Notes under the pieces: generated by a model
The model's database searches: none
The model's input: the letters and a program-made list of their open reading frames with translations, nothing else
What the model was told of the DNA's origin: nothing
Source of the DNA: Geosiphon pyriformis uo1
Lineage: Eukaryota > Fungi > Glomeromycota
Length of the DNA stretch: 64,000 nt
Reading direction: 5' to 3'
Assembly (NCBI GenBank): GCA_016748015.1
Contig: JAAOMT010000352.1
Span: 186,001-250,000 of the forward strand
Translations under genes and position numbers: made by a program
Shown here: piece after piece, positions 33,295 through 48,685 of the stretch
How the letters are laid out: each line of letters starts with the position of its first letter
Position numbering within the stretch: the first letter of the stretch is position 1

Positions 33295-36200
33295 CATGAA
33301 ATTACCCTTATAAATCTTATTATTAATTAGCATATATTATCGTTTCAAATTATCACTTATTATATTAGCAAAATATCCGAAATTATCATTTAATTAATAA
33401 CCCAATTTGTATATAACACAAATGTACCTAATTGTAATGATCAATTATGCAATACACCAAACTATGTAACATTCAAAAAGTTCACCGAAATTTGTAAGAA
33501 ATTTGCCAAAATAATTGATAGTTCACTGAAATATTTAATAGTTCACAGAAATAACTTGTAATTTGCCGAAATGTATCTTTAGTTCAGCAAAATTATAGAA
33601 AATAGCAAAGTTCAAGTTCATAGAATAGTGTTACAACAAGTTGTATAAAAGAAAAGCTTTTCTCTTCGAGAAAATATATCTTACTTTAGATTTATCACTT
33701 AGAACTATTCCTACACACACAAAAAGAAATAAATATCAAATAAATTTGAAAAACCAAATTCTTTAATTATTGCACTTGAAAAATCCTCAAAACCCAACTA
33801 ACATTTTGAAATTAATTAGCTACCAATTTCAGTAAACTGTTAGTGACTCCAGGCCTAGATAGAAAACGTTTCTCTTAATAAAATTCTATTTTTTTTACAT
33901 TTATTTATTTTTCTTATTACAATCATTAGGGTAGCCTACAGACAAGATTCCTGTAGAAGAGTTGACTTTCACAGCAAAGTAACTATACATTTTTAGTGAG
34001 CTTCCAGATGAGCAATTCCTGGGAAAGAGTTGACGTTTACTACAATGTAACTACACAAAGCAACTGACACAGAATTGGCCATTCTACTTATAAGCCCAGC
34101 AGTTCAAATTATAAGAGATAATTTGAAGAGAAAATTCAGTTACTGGAGGTTCAACCACATCCAAAAAACGTGAATTTACAGCAAACAGGCATCAACAACA
34201 TTACAAAAAAGAGACCAAAAACCTCTAGTAACACTGCTAATAATAATATGCCACCAAAAACAAAAATCTTCAAAAATCTTTCAAAGCTAGAATCCTTAGA
34301 AATTATACAAAAATTTGATTCCTATTTTGTTGTCAAAGATCTCATAAAAACACCAGCTTATATTACTTTTGACCAGTTAATAATCCATTCACAGTTCAGA
34401 AAAATTTTTTGCAAATTCTTGATTCCAAAAAAAAAGACACCAAAAACCAACAAATACTCTTGTTAAGCTAAATTTGCTAATAATAGCAATGTTACTCTTT
34501 TGATTTGCAAAGCACAAGTGGCTTGTTACTTTATTGATTTGATCTTAGACAGTAGATTATCTGTTAGTGTTATTACCAAATACTTTCTTAAAGCAATTGG
34601 CAAAAAGATTAATAAGTCTTTTATTTAACCAATAACCAATGTATATAATAACAAAAAAAAAAGTCTGAACACAACCAAAGCTGTTTCTTTTTGCATCAAT
34701 GATATCAGCATTAAAACAATATAGAAGTTTCTAAAGCCAAAAAATACACTATTATTGTTAATAATAAATGGCTCAAAAAAGCAAAAGTATTACTTGATTA
34801 TAAATTGTGTAAATTAATCATTAAATATAATGAAAAGTCTATTGTAATTAAGTGCTGTTATTGAACAATTTTTTCACCATCCAAGCAGAACCAAGAAGAA
34901 AAACAATCAAATAAATCAGATAATAAAAAGAGTAATGAAAAAGAAAAACAAGAAAAACAAGAAGAAACTACTAAACTTGCTTATATTATTTTCATTAACA
35001 ATAACAAGCCACTAGATAATATTAAAAAAAATCATTATAAATGGCAAAATAATTTGTTGGTCTTATTATAATATGCTTAAAAGAACTTTTGACCAAAAAC
35101 TCAACAAAAAAGCTAAATACAACTATTAGTAATATGATCTTTGTGCTTGGTATTGGTGTGATAAAACTCTGTATTTTTCTAGCAATAAATGCAAATTTTG
35201 CCTGATTTATTACAAATATTGAAAACCTATTAGCTTGATACTAAAGGAAGAGATAAAAAAAGTACAAAAGTTTTTTGAGAATAAATTACCAGAAATACAG
35301 TTATTAATAATAGAGCAAAAAAAACTCTCTTCAGAAAAAAAAAAGATAAACATTAAAAATCTACTGATTAGAAACAGTTCAATTATTTTAAAAGAAAGTA
35401 ATACTCTTAGATGTACTTATGTAATACAACATACTATTATCATCAAAGAAACTTATTCTATCTATCTGAAATCATATCAGTTCAATTAACACAATGATGA
35501 ATTTATTAAGAAAAAAATAAACCAAATAAAAAATCTTGAATTCATACAAAAAACCAAGAGCAAATAGACATTTTTAGTTGTAGTGATATCTAAAAAAGAT
35601 AGAATTTTATGCTTTTGTGTTGATTACTATTAATTAAATGTTATTATCAAAAGAGATATGTATTCACTTTTCAAAATTAATACAATGCTAAACCAATTTA
35701 ATAGTGCTGCTTTCTTCTCAACTATTAATTTAACTACTGGATTCTGGCAAGTAGAAATAAATCTAGAAAGCAGAAAAAAAACTGCCTTTATTACCAATTA
35801 TAGCACTTACGAATTTACAGTTATGCTTTTTGGTCTTATTAATACTTTTTTTATCTTTTAATGTTTAATAAACAAAGTATTCAAATTAGTAAAAAAAACT
35901 TTGTTTTAGTTTATTTAAATAATATAATAGTATACTCAAAAATCTGGAATAAATATCTTGAACATTTACAAAAGGTTTTTAATCTTTTTAAAAATGCTAA
36001 TCTTAAGATCAATTCTATCAAATCTTTTTTTGAATATTAATCTACTCAGTTTTTTGGTTATCTTATTACAAAAGATAGAATTTTTCCTGATTTAGCCAAA
36101 GTTGAAAAAGTTCACAACTAATAAATATTCATGAACTATGTTTTTTCCTTGGATTGGTCTTTTATTATCACAAATTCATTAAGAATTTTTTTAAAATTAT

Positions 36201-38076
36201 CTTTTTTTAATCAGCTATTCAAAAAAACTGTCAATTATTACTGGGATATACATCAACAAAAAACATTTGAAACTTTGAAGAAAAAATTGGTTACAGAATT
36301 TATATTCATGCAACCTAATTTGAATTAACCTTTTATTTTTTATATTAATACATCTGGCTATAGACTTGGTGTTGTTTTTTCACAAAAATATAAAGATAAC
36401 AAGAAATATGCTATAGCATATGCAAGTAAAATACTCTTATTAGTAGACAAAACTATTCAATTACTAAACAGAAATGCTTAACAGTAGTTTGGGCTACTAG
36501 TTACTAGAATAAATATTTTTTTGGTGTAAAATTTCTAATAGTAACAGATCATCAAGCCTTGGTTTGATTATACAACAAAAAAAAATTAGAACACAAAAAG
36601 ATAACTTGTTGAATACTCTACTTGAATGAATTTGACTATGACATTCAATATTACAAAAAAGCAAATTATCAAAACACTAATGTTTTTTCCAAACTTATTA
36701 TCCAGTAATAGTACAACTTTTACAAACCAAACCAACCTAATTATTAGTACTTTTTCTTTAACCAAACACAATAATAGACTTGGACAACTACTTTGCACTA
36801 ATAAAATTTTTTAATAAAAAACAATATTTACTGAAATACAATTAATAGTAAAGAAAACATTTGCACAAACAATCAAATTTTTATTTGATTTGTCAGAACT
36901 AGTTATACAAAAAAAACAGAAAAAATTTTGATCACCTTCAAAAAGTTATTAGATTTGAAAAAAAAATTGTAATATATAATATGTATACTGATTCATTAGC
37001 TAGATACTTTAGAAAAACAAAAACAATTCAGAAAATTTTAGCTTACTATTATTGGTCTACTTTGAAAAAAACCATTATTGAGTACATTAAAACCTGTGAT
37101 ATTTGCCAAAAAAAAAAATCCAATTGCAAAAAAAATATTCATTCAATTTTTGTTGGTCAATTATTTAACAAAATTGGTATAAATATTGTTAGACTTTTAA
37201 CAATAACTCTTAATAACAACAAATATATTATCACAATTACTAACTATCTTACAAAGTAAGTAGAAACAAAAGTTATTCCAGACCAAACAGCAGTCTCTAT
37301 AGCCAATTTTATTTATGAAGATATAATTTGTTATCATGGTTGCCTCAAAAAATTTTTATCTAATAAAAAAAGAACTTTTTTCAGTACACTAGTTGAAAAA
37401 CTTTGTAAAAAAATAGAAATATGTTATAAACTCTCTTTTTTTTATTACTCTTAGACTAATAGTCTAGTAGAATATTTTAATAAAACACTATACAAAACTT
37501 TAACCAAAATTAATGAAAAAACAAATCTATAGGACAAAGTTTTGCTTTTAACTTTGTTTGCTTATAGGACTGTAAATTATAACATAACAAATTATAAACT
37601 TTTTTATCTGCTCTATGAACAAATGGCAATTTTACTAATAAAAACTAACATTAAAACAATATCTTTTGAAGAAATAACAATAAGAAATTACAAAGACATT
37701 TTACAAAAAAAACTTGATACCATTCTTGACTCTTTAGTAAAAACACAAATAATTGTCTTTAAAAAGATAAAACAGTTTTAAGAAAAGCTTAAAAAAAAGA
37801 AAATCTATAAAACATTTTTTTTAAATATTAGTAACTTAGTTTTGGAATATTGCTTAAACAAAAACAATATTTATGGTAATAAGTTTTCTAACCAGTGGAA
37901 AGAACTTTTTATAATCAACAAAGTTTTGAATAATGATTCATATATCCTACAAAATCAATATGAAACAATTTTTAATAATTGTTTTATTTATAATATGTGA
38001 TTTAAAAAATATTACAAACAACCTAATTGGTTATCTGTTGTGATAATACTGGTTCAAATGATCAACAAAAATCAAA

Positions 38077-38689
38077 TATAAATAAATACATTATTTCTAA
38101 AACAGAGATATCTTCAATTAACATAAACAATTATTTCTTGAATCAAAACATTCAAAATGCTTTTTATACTTTTCATGAGTATTAGATCAAAAATTATTTA
38201 AATGCTACTTTGATTATCAGAAAACAAACCATTATAACTGATAACAATAAGACTTATACTATTATTAGACCAAAGAAAACCACTACCAAAAGAGAAAAAA
38301 TTGGCAACAAAATAGATAAATATTTGATGAAAAATATAACAGCAGTAATATTTTTACTTTTCAGCACAATTAGAAAAACAATTCAAAAAATTTTGCTTAT
38401 AGACAAAAACTTGTCATATAAAAAACAATTAGAGCTTTATAATTATTTTAATAAAATTATAGAAGACATAAAGCTTATAAAGAAAACAACTTCAAAGATA
38501 CAAGTAGAAATTTTGGGCATTTTACAATTGGATATTCTAAGAGTTTTAACTATTGCTAAAAGAGCCAAAACTCTTATACAAAGATTTGGTCTCTTAAATA
38601 CAAAACTTATTTCACTTCAAGTATTATATATCTTATTTATAAAAGACTTTAACAAACTAGTTAGCCTTGAGCTAAACAAAACTCTTTAA
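38077..38689 (+). pseudogene. Family A2 accessory ORF3
   Basis: Includes the 159-aa ORF 38210..38689; start approximate. Confidence 0.7.
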
Positions 38690-38748
38690 ATAGATTATCT
38701 TATGAATAGCTTGATTTTGTCAGCACTTAATTTTTTTAGAGAGAATAA

Positions 38749-39420
38749 TATTATGGTTGAAATTTATAATTTTTATTAGTTATTACATGTATTAGTTACT
38801 GATATTATATAATTAGCCACCTATTTTTAGATAATAATTATTAACCTAATTAATGATTTAATCATTAACTTAATTATTAACCTAATTATTGACCACTTTT
38901 AAATAGTTATATAAGCAATAAGTCTCTCAAATATAGAAAATAATATAGCAATTAATTAAAAATAAATAAAATAACAACTATTATTTTAATTTTTCTCTTA
39001 TTACTTATTTTTTTTTTACTTTTAAGCATCTAAACATCTTGAAATAAAAAATTACTTGCTGGTATTTAATTATCTTTTTTTTAATTTGTATAATTGTAAT
39101 ATTTAAAAATTATTGAATAAAACATAACTGAAAAGTACATTTAATATCTAATATTAAATTCTAAAAATGCTAACATAAGACATAAAATTATATCAATGTG
39201 TTATTATTTGTTAATAGTATAGACTATTTTTTACTTTTAAATTTTTTGGTTATTTTTTGAAAAGAATAGCAATTGAGATATTTTATAAAACTAATCTTGT
39301 ATATTAAATTCATACTTATTCAATTTGCTTCTTAAAGTTAAATTTTTTTTAATTAATTCTATCATTCTACAATTTTGTTCTCTTTTGCTATCTATTAACT
39401 TGTTACTTCAACTCATAACA
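38749..39420 (+). mobile_element. Family A2 3' LTR
   Basis: After PPT-like agagagaataa; ends ctcataaca, then atat. Confidence 0.9.
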
Positions 39421-39529
39421 ATATTACTCTTAGTGTTAAGATTTAATATATATTATAAAGCAATTGTATCTTTAATAGCATTTTTATTCAAAAAAAATCT
39501 AGCTATTAGCATTTTATTATAGTTTATAT

Positions 39530-40184
39530 TATTATGGATTAGAGTAATAAGCTAATGGATAGCAAGGAAGAACAGGATTGTAAAGTGATGGAAATAATCA
39601 AAGGGAATTCAACTTCAAAGAGCAAATTGAATAAGTATGGATTCAATGTGTGAGATCAATCTTATAAAATATTTCAGTCACTATTCTTTTTAAAAGGTAA
39701 CTAGAGAATCTGAAGGTAGAGGAATAGTTTGTACTGTTAACAAATAATCACATTTGGTATAATTCTATGCCTTATATCAGTGCTCTTAGAATTCAATAGC
39801 AGATATCAGATGTACTTTTCAGTCACATTTTATTCAATAATCTTTAAATGCTGCAATTATATGTTTCAAGAAAAGAATAAAGAATAACCAACAAGTAATT
39901 TTTTATTCCAAGATGTTTGGACACTTGGAGGTAAGGAAAGAAAAATTAGCAATAAGAGAAAGATTGAGATGAAAGTTGTTATTTTATTTATTTGATTTCC
40001 TTGATTTCTTTATGCTTTTCTACAGCTAAGAGATTCATTGCTTATATAGCTATCAAAAGTGGTCAATGATCAAGTCAATGACTAGGTCAATAATTACTTT
40101 CTAAAAATAGAGTGGCTAATTTATGTAACATCAGTGGCTAATACATATGATAATTAATAAGAAGTATAAGTTTCAATTATAACA
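39530..40184 (-). mobile_element. Solo LTR, family A-related, TSD ATAT
   Basis: Reverse complement of the family A LTR (tattatggattag...tttcaattataaca); atat on both sides. Confidence 0.88.
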
Positions 40185-43100
40185 ATATTACTAAAATTAA
40201 ACTCAAATTATAGTATAAGTTTTATTATTAACAAAAAATAATACAAAAAACTTAAAACTAACAACAAATTTAGAAAACAATTTAAAAGAAAAAAAGATAA
40301 TATCTTATAATTAACAAATAAATAATTTAAATCTTAATATTTATAGTAATAACAATACTTAAAAGTTTTTTATCCAATATAATACTTGTATAAAGTTCTA
40401 GTTTTTGTTATAACAAGATTTAATAGTTTATAAGATTAGTATTTTAAATAATTCAGTTTGGTTTAATTTCCTCTTAAACTAAAACCAAACTGATTTTTTT
40501 TCTGTTTAGTTTTAGTTTAGTTTTTTAAAGTAAAAAACAAGACTGAATTAGAATTAAACTAAAAATTAAGATTACAATAATCAAAATTAAGCATATTGTT
40601 ATTAAAGGTTTTTGGTTTTTTTTTTTAAATATTGTTAATGTCTGTTTGATGTTAATTCATGTTTTTTGTAAGCAATTAAATCTTTGATAACTGAATTTAT
40701 CTTCAAATTATCTCTTATAATTTGAATTGTTAGGCTTATATATGAAATAGCCAATTACATGCCAGTTATTTTGTAATAAAAATTAATTCTTTTTTAGAAA
40801 TAGCTTATCTAGAAGCTTACTAAAAATGTGTAGTTACTTTGTAATAAAAGTCAATTTTTTTACAAAAATCTTGTTTGTAGACTACTCTAATAATTATATT
40901 AAGAAAAAAAATAAAAAATAAAAAAATGTAAAAAAATTGGAATTTTGTTAAGAAAATTGTTTTTTATTCAGATCTAAAGTCATTAATGAATTACTAAAAT
41001 TGGTAGTTAATCAATTTTAAACTATTAGTTGAGATTTGGAAAATTTCAAATACAATTTATTTTTAAAAATTAGTTTTTGAAATATTTTTTTTATTTTGAA
41101 TTGTGATAATAAGAATAAATCTAAAGTAAAAAATTTTTTTTTTAAAGAAGAAAGCTCTTTTTTTATACAATTTATTGTAATATTAGTTTATGAACTTAAA
41201 ATTTTCTTTTACTATGATTTTAACAAATTAAAGATATATTTTAATAAACTACAAATTGTTTTTACCAACTATAAATAATTTTGGTAAATTATTATAATAT
41301 TTTACAAATTTTTACAAATTTTGGCAATTTTTTAAATGTTATAAAGTTTGGAGTATTGCATAATCTGATTATTATAATTGTGTTTTATATAAATTGAGTT
41401 ATTAATTAAATTGTGCTTTTTAATAATTTGGTTAAATAATAAGTAATAATTAAAATAATAATAATATATGTTAATTAATGATAGAAATTATTAGAGTAAT
41501 TTTATGTTAATTATTGACTAAAATTCTATTGGTAACATAATTTCTTCTTTAAGATTGAGCTCTATTAAAGTCCAAATACTATCTGTAATTTCGAATTAGT
41601 GGTCCAAGATTATTGATGTGATTTGGTCTAAAAACTGTTGAAATTTTAGTTTTATAAGTTTGTTAATATATTAAATCTTTATTAGTCGGAGTATTAGATT
41701 CTGTAGAGTATTTTTGCAAATAATAAATAAGTTATAGAGTTTAAAAGCTGCTTTAAGTTTGTAATACATATTTGTTAATCCAATTGCTGTCTTGAATTTG
41801 TTGTGAATTTGTTTTTATATAGCTTTAGAAATGAAGTTAGTTGCTTTAAGTTTTAATTTTTATTGGTGTAATGTTTTTTTAATTTGAAAATATTAATAAA
41901 TAGAAATATATTTACTGTTTTCATTATAATACATTTGAAGTTTTTGTTAGATTGTGACATTTGATAAAATGTTAATAGAGGCAAATATAAGATTTTCTTT
42001 TAAAGCTTGCTTCAAAAGTTTTTATAATTAAATTCCAGAGTAATTTTTGATGTTTCTTTTATAAAAATAATAATTTTGAGAATTATTTACAACTAGTGTT
42101 GTAGTTTTTTTTTAGTGTAATTAATTTGACTTTCATTAATCATTATAGATAAGTCAAGAAGTGTTTTCAAAAGTAGCATTAATTTTTGGGACATCTGTTA
42201 AATCTTTTAGAGAATAATTATAATAAAAGTAATAATTTGGAAATAAAATTTGAAAAATTCTGAAAAATAAAAATAAAAAAATATTTTGTAAATATAAAAT
42301 ATTTATATGTTTTTGGTTTTAGATTTTTTTTGTACTTATTTTCTATTTTGGTTTAATATTTGTGTATTATTTAAATAATTATTATAATAATATTAAATTA
42401 AATGTTTAAGTTTAGTTGTTGTTCTATAATAATTATTGGTTGTAAATTTTGGAGAATATTTTCGGAATTAATTAAAGAAAAATATATATTAATTTGTGGA
42501 ATTAATAGTTTGGAATTGTTTCTGAAATAATAATGCTTCAATTAATTTTTATGTATAACTTTTGCTAAAACTTTGTTATTAAGTTTTAACTTATATAATC
42601 TATTGCCTAAGATTTGTGAATATAAAATGGTCTATCTTATTTATGTTTAAATTTTTTATTCTATTGTTTTTTAGTCTTAATTTTGTATAAAAAAACTTTG
42701 TTTTCAATTTTAAATTTGGTAGCAGATAATAATTTGTTGTTATATTATTCTTTTTTTCTTGAGCTTAAGAGTATTTAATATGAGTGGTTGCAATTTTTTT
42801 TTTTTTCAAGATACTAAAAAAAGTGTAGGCTCTTTGTTGGAGTGTTCTTGGAAATTTTTTTCTGTAATATGTTATGCTGAGTATGTTTTTATAGTAAAAT
42901 TAATTGGTAATATTGCTGTTTTTTTATAAGTAAGATCAAATAGTATGTGTTTTATAGTATTTTGTTTTAGTGTTTTATATGCTAGTAATACTAATAAAAT
43001 AAAAATATTTTATTTCTGTTCAAAATTGATTGAGATTTTGGCTAATGATTTACACAATATTCAGTTGAAATGTTTTACTAATCTATTTGTTTGAAAGTAA

Positions 43101-43334
43101 TAAGATAATGATAAAAGTCTTTTAATATTAAATCATTCATAAATTTTTTGTATTAAGTTGTTTACAAAGTGTGTTTCTTGATTAAATAAAAATTTAATTA
43201 AACATTTATGTTTATAAATAATGTTTTTATAAATTTTGCTACTGTTTTTGCATCTGCTTTTTGAATAGCTTTGACTTTGGGCCATTTGATAAGATAATCT
43301 ATTGCCACTACAATATAATAATTTTTTTAAGTAG

Positions 43335-46300
43335 TGTTATTTATAAAAATTAGAAATTATAATAATAGATAAAATAGCCAATTAGAAATAGATATAATAA
43401 AAGGAAAAATTCTAGAATTCTTTTTAAAGAATTGCAGAATTTCAGAATTTCAGAATTCTTCTTAGAAAATTGCAAAATTCCAAGGAATTTTGTATAACAT
43501 AAATTATATATATATAGTGAAAGTATTAAAAAGCAGAAAAAGTAATTTCAAAAGAATTTAACAATATTCTTCCCTTCAAAAAATAGTCTTTTATAACTTA
43601 AAATAAAATCATTTTTATATTAATAAAATTATTTATTATTATCAAATTTATGTTATTATTATTTAATTAAAAAAATATTAATTACTTTTACACTATTAAC
43701 ACTCTATGTTAATAAAATCTAATACTTAATTACATTAAAACAATAGTTTTTAATTATGGCTATTAATAAGATATTAATTTCTTATTTTTATTTTTTATTT
43801 TTTTTGTTTTGTTTTTTTGTTGTTTACTAATTAATTAAAAAGATTAAGTGCTAAGTATTTAATGTCAAGAATAGCCTGGTAAAAAACCTGAAAACAAGGA
43901 TAAAAATTTAAGAATAGCTTACTAGAAAGGCATAACTGCCAGAATAAATTGGCCATCACACTAAAAAAAAAATTCACAGAAGAAACTATCAATTAAATCT
44001 CTGTTTATTATACAAAAAACTTAACCAAAATCTTCAGAAATTATTAACATTCTCAGCTATTGAGCACCAAGTTATAGGTTTGTTATTTGTTATAACATTC
44101 CAAATAATTACCTGTAATATTTGATGTTTCCTGTGAGATATAATCCAACAGAAAACTAGCACCAACATTAACCAGAAATTAAAAAGATACTTAACTAGCA
44201 ATCAAGCAATTTATTAGTCTTCACAACATTACAACAATCAAAAAAACTTTAATTGCTTCTAAAATCTATTGTGTTTATTATTATTATTATCAAATTAACT
44301 GTGACAACAAAAAATGCATAATTGTTATTATTGTAGTAAACAAAGTCATCTAAAAGCAGATTGTTATTCTAAATTTAATAATCAACAATTAGAAAATTAA
44401 TATTAAAATCTTGATTACAAGTTTTAAACCCAGAATTATGCCAATAATTTTTCATTAAAACAATATTAATCCTATTATATACTAATAATACAACAATTAA
44501 TATACATACTTCTTATTTATCAAACTTCAGCACCAGTAATTTATCAACTATAGTCACAAGTAATTTATCAATTTTAACTAATTCAAACACCATTATAAAA
44601 CTTAGCTTTAATATTAACTGAAAATTAAAGGCCAAAAATTACACACACATAATAGAACTGGAAATTAATAATAGTTATGTACTAACTGATCTCCAGTTTT
44701 TCAAACCAGCCATTAGAATTATGTCAGTAAAGTTTAAGAAATAAATATACCCAAAACCCAAATTTGCAAAACTATTTAAGTCTTCTGATTATAACAAAAA
44801 ACAACTCACTTAACAATCTAAAAACCAACTCAATACTACTTATCAACAATATTCTATTAGTAATGATTACCAAAAACAAGTTATTTGCAATCATTTTTTT
44901 TTAAATTAGAAAAATCAGCAATAATATCTCTATTTAATAGAGTTACTTTTGACACTAAATTAATTACTGTTATGTATACTGATGTCAAAGTCAATGGCCA
45001 ATCTATTAAGCTAATTCTTAATAGTGAATCAGCAAGCAGTATTATCACATAACAACTTATGAACCAATTAGATCACCAAATTAATTATAGTACCAGCACC
45101 AAAATTATTACAGCTGATAGAACAATAAAAACTCCTATTAATAAAATCAATAACTTCTTATTCAAAATTAATAGTATTACTGTACTAATCAAAGTTTTAA
45201 TTATAAAAGCCATACAATACCAAGCTTTTGTTGGTAATAACTGGCTGTTTAAGACCAATGTTATACTCAATCAGACCATGTAAGAGCTATAACTTAGTCA
45301 AAATAGTTAGCAAACTTGAATACCAGCCACTTGTAATTACTTTAAAACAAATACCACTATCTAATCACCACTAATCAAGTTTAAAAAAGAAAAAAAAATC
45401 TACTTAAGAAGCCTATTAAGTTTTATAAACTAAAGACAATCACAATAAGCTATTACCAATACTCTTTTAAGACAACAAAAGAAAAAAAAAAGACGAACTG
45501 TAAGCCACCATCTTTACAGAAAAAACAAATAACAGTTAATATGTTCCATACTTGTTAAAACCAAAAAAAAAACCATTTTACTACTAAGATTTAGCACTTA
45601 CTCAAAAAAAATAAGAGCAATATTTAGAACAATTAAACACTAAATTCTGTAAACATTGCCTAATTTTTAGTAATTTTAATTATTATAACAATTATAATCT
45701 TATTTATAATTTGCCACCACATATTATCTATTTAATTTCTAAAGAGAAAAAACCAATCAGCAGCTGCACTTTAGAATTGGAATCAAAATTTAATCTTAAT
45801 TTAGACTCTGATAATAATGATAACAACAGCTCTAATTTTGTTTACAATAATAATAACAATAATAATAATTTAAACTCCAATAAAAACTTTGAACAATATA
45901 TTATGTTTTCAGATCTTTTATAGAAGCAAAAACTTAAATAGTTTAGCAATAATAATAAGGGTATTATGCTAAAATACATATATAATATTGACACAAAGTT
46001 TAATTTCAAATATCCAAAAAAAACTGTTATTAAATAAGAATTTCACTTACATATTAGTATAGATTTAAAAGATTTAGGAGATCTTGATAGAGCTCAATAT
46101 TAAAAAAAGAGAATAATATTATTTATAGAAATTAGAAATTATAATAATAAATAAAATAGCCAATCAGAAATAGGCATAATAAAAAAAAAATTCCAGAATT
46201 CCAGAATCTCTTTTGAGAAATTGCAAAATTCTAAAAAATCTTGTATAACATAAATTATATATATATAGTAAGAATATTAAAAACCAAAAAAAATAATTCC

Positions 46301-46860
46301 AGAAGAATTCAACAATATCTCTCTTTTCAAAAGATAGTCTTTTATGACTTAAAGTGAAATTATTTTCATATTAATAAAATTATCTATTATTATTAAATTC
46401 ATATTATTAAAGAAATATTAATTATTTCTACACTATTAATACTTTATATTAATAGAATTTAATACTTAATCATATTGAAACAATAGCTCTTAATCATAGG
46501 TATTAATGGAATACTAATTTTTTATTTTTTTATTTTATTTTTTTGTTGTTTATTAATTGATTAAAGAGATTAAGTGCTAAGTATTTGACATCAAGAATAG
46601 TTTGATAAAAAACCTAGAAACAAAGATAGAAATTTAAGGATAATTTACCAGAAGGACATAACTGCTAAAATAAACTAGCAATTATGTTAAAAAAAAATTC
46701 ACAAAAAAAATCATTAATTGAATCTTTGTCTATTATACAAAGAACTCAACTAAAATCTTTAGACTCTAAAATCTTCAGAAATTACCAACATTTTCAGCTA
46801 TTAAGCATCAAGTTACAAGTTTGTTATTTGTTCTAATATTCTAAATAATTATTTATAACA
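43335..46860 (+). mobile_element. Family C internally deleted, non-autonomous LTR element (3.5 kb)
   Basis: LTRs 43335-44119 and 46117-46860; decayed PBS tgatgtttcctgtgaga; gag knuckle, protease, Cys-rich and dUTPase N-terminal remnants, then a jump to the ORF3 end and PPT near 46070; TSD gtag/ataa (differs only by G/A). Confidence 0.88.
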
Positions 46861-47174
46861 ATAATAATAAGTAGTAGTTTGACTAAATTAATACCAACTC
46901 TATTAAATAGTTGTCCAACTTTGATTGAATTTAAAAGTTTTGTGAAATGAGTTCCTTTTTTTTTTTGACAACTATTACAAAATTTCATATACAGTGAATT
47001 CTCTTTATAATCACACTTTTTGATTAGCACATTTATAATAACTATAGAGAGATAGGACTATAAAAAATGATTAATATCTTATTACATGATCTATATATCA
47101 CATGTATAATATAATAACCAATTATATATATTTTATTTAAAAAAGCTATCTATTTGCAACTGTTTTTTCTCTTT

Positions 47175-48685
47175 TTAAACTTTGAGAACAGTATTACAAA
47201 TTAATGTTCTCAAAGTTTTAAAAAAGTCTGAATCAACTTTTTCATTATACTGCTCTTTACAATAGTGTAATATATCTTCAATTGCAGTTTTATCTTGATA
47301 TGTAGATAGCAAAGGCAAAGATTCATCTTCATCTTCACTTTCTAAATTTTTATTTGCATTAGAATTTCTACTATACTTGTTGTTAATAAGATTTACAATT
47401 TCATTCTTTGAGGCATAAGTGAATAATAGTTCAAACTTGTCAATATTAATAAAGTCTATTACTAATAACTTGTCAATATTAATATGCTCAATAAGAACTT
47501 GTACTTCTTGTAAGAGTTCTTGTTCAATATCTAATAGATGGGTTGGCATTTGATTATTATTCAGAATTTCTGTATGACGCCAACAGTTTTGGATTGTAAT
47601 TGTTGTTACTACTAACTATGCATCAATTAAAAAGTCAAATATATCTTTTAATATTATTGTTGATATTGGAATCTTGCCATTATACTAATTAATAAGATAG
47701 AAAAAAAACAACTTTCAGTATTATGCTTTAAAAAATACAATAATTTCTATATTTAATGATTGCAAATGGAATGTTGTATTAGATATCTAATTATAATATT
47801 AGATAATATGGAAGGTTTTCTACCATAAGAACCAGCATTATTAAGCAATAGCAAAAATTTTTTTTTCTTGTGATGCATTTCTTTATTTAATAAATTAAGT
47901 CATTTACTAAAAATATCAGTTTGCCTCCATGCTTTTGTATTGTAACAATAAGTGATTGGAAGTGTATTTATATTAATATTGCAAAAACATTGTGGCTTTG
48001 TAGCTTTGCCAATAATTAAAGACTGCAACTTAATGCTGTCTGTTGTATTACAAGCAAGAAATATGGTAATTTAACTCTTATCACACTTGGTACCAGAGAT
48101 AAATCTTATTGCCAAAGTTGCATTTGATGGTATTCTAAAAAATAATGCTGTTTTATTGGTATTGTAAACATTATTTAGATTATATTCACTAATAATTTCA
48201 TGCAGTTTTTCTCATTTCTTTGGTAAAATTTCCAAAGAAGCACTGTTTGCTTTACCATGTATTTTAATATGGTGCAAATTATGATGTTTTTTGAACTTTT
48301 CTAACCAACTATCTAATGCTTTAAAGTTATTTTCTTCTGGAAACTTTTCAGCAAACTTAAGAGCTTTTGTTTGTAAAATTTTTCCAGTAAGAATGCAGTT
48401 GGTAGCTAGTGTTCTAAGTATCTATTCTCCCAATACATTATTTATCTTTAGAAACATCTCTTTCCTGTTTTTTGTTAATTGATTAAAGTTGCCAAATACA
48501 TTCTTTTTAATCTATTAGTTTGATTTTGCAAGTATCTTTGTTATAGTGGAGTGGTCAATTTTTAGATTAAATATTTTGATAAGTCTATTTGCTGAGTAGT
48601 TAGAATGCTCTAGTTTGTATTAACAGTGAGTCTTTTTAGTCTCCAAGAAGATTGCTGCTCATTTTTGGTTCGCATTTTTTGACAT
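47175..48685 (-). pseudogene. pogo-family transposase (CENP-B-type HTH plus DDE_1)
   Basis: ATG at 48685; GKILQTKALKFAEKF...FKALDSWLEKFKKHHNL...HGKANS; NVYNTNKTALFF (decayed NADETALF); LLLNNAGSY (decayed LDNAGSH); NTTFHLQSLN (decayed QPLD); ITIQNCWRHTEIL. Confidence 0.9.

Larger units (their letters stand above)
24323..34233 (+). mobile_element. Ty3/Gypsy family B copy 1, full-length 9.9 kb, least decayed element in the window
   Basis: LTRs 24323-25303 and 33263-34233 (TGTTACCAG...TAACA); PBS tggtgctctct 25306-25316; PPT gaggaggaga 33250-33259; TSD ttgc/ctgc. Confidence 0.97.
21867..39420 (+). mobile_element. Ty3/Gypsy family A copy 2, full-length (~7.6 kb net), TSD ATAT, split by family B1
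   Basis: LTRs 21867-22535 and 38749-39420; decayed PBS tgatgttttctgtgagg (22542-22558); gag with decayed zinc knuckle near 23935; reading frame resumes at 34234; protease LILDSRLSVS; RT; RNase H stop TAA 36706-36708; integrase from 36774; ORF3 to 38689; atat on both flanks. No dUTPase seen. Confidence 0.93.

Noticed and set aside
40440-40590. Short inverted repeats (cagtttggttt...aaaccaaactg) as a MITE end
   Set aside because: Too short and decayed, with no partner terminus or TSD in the window.
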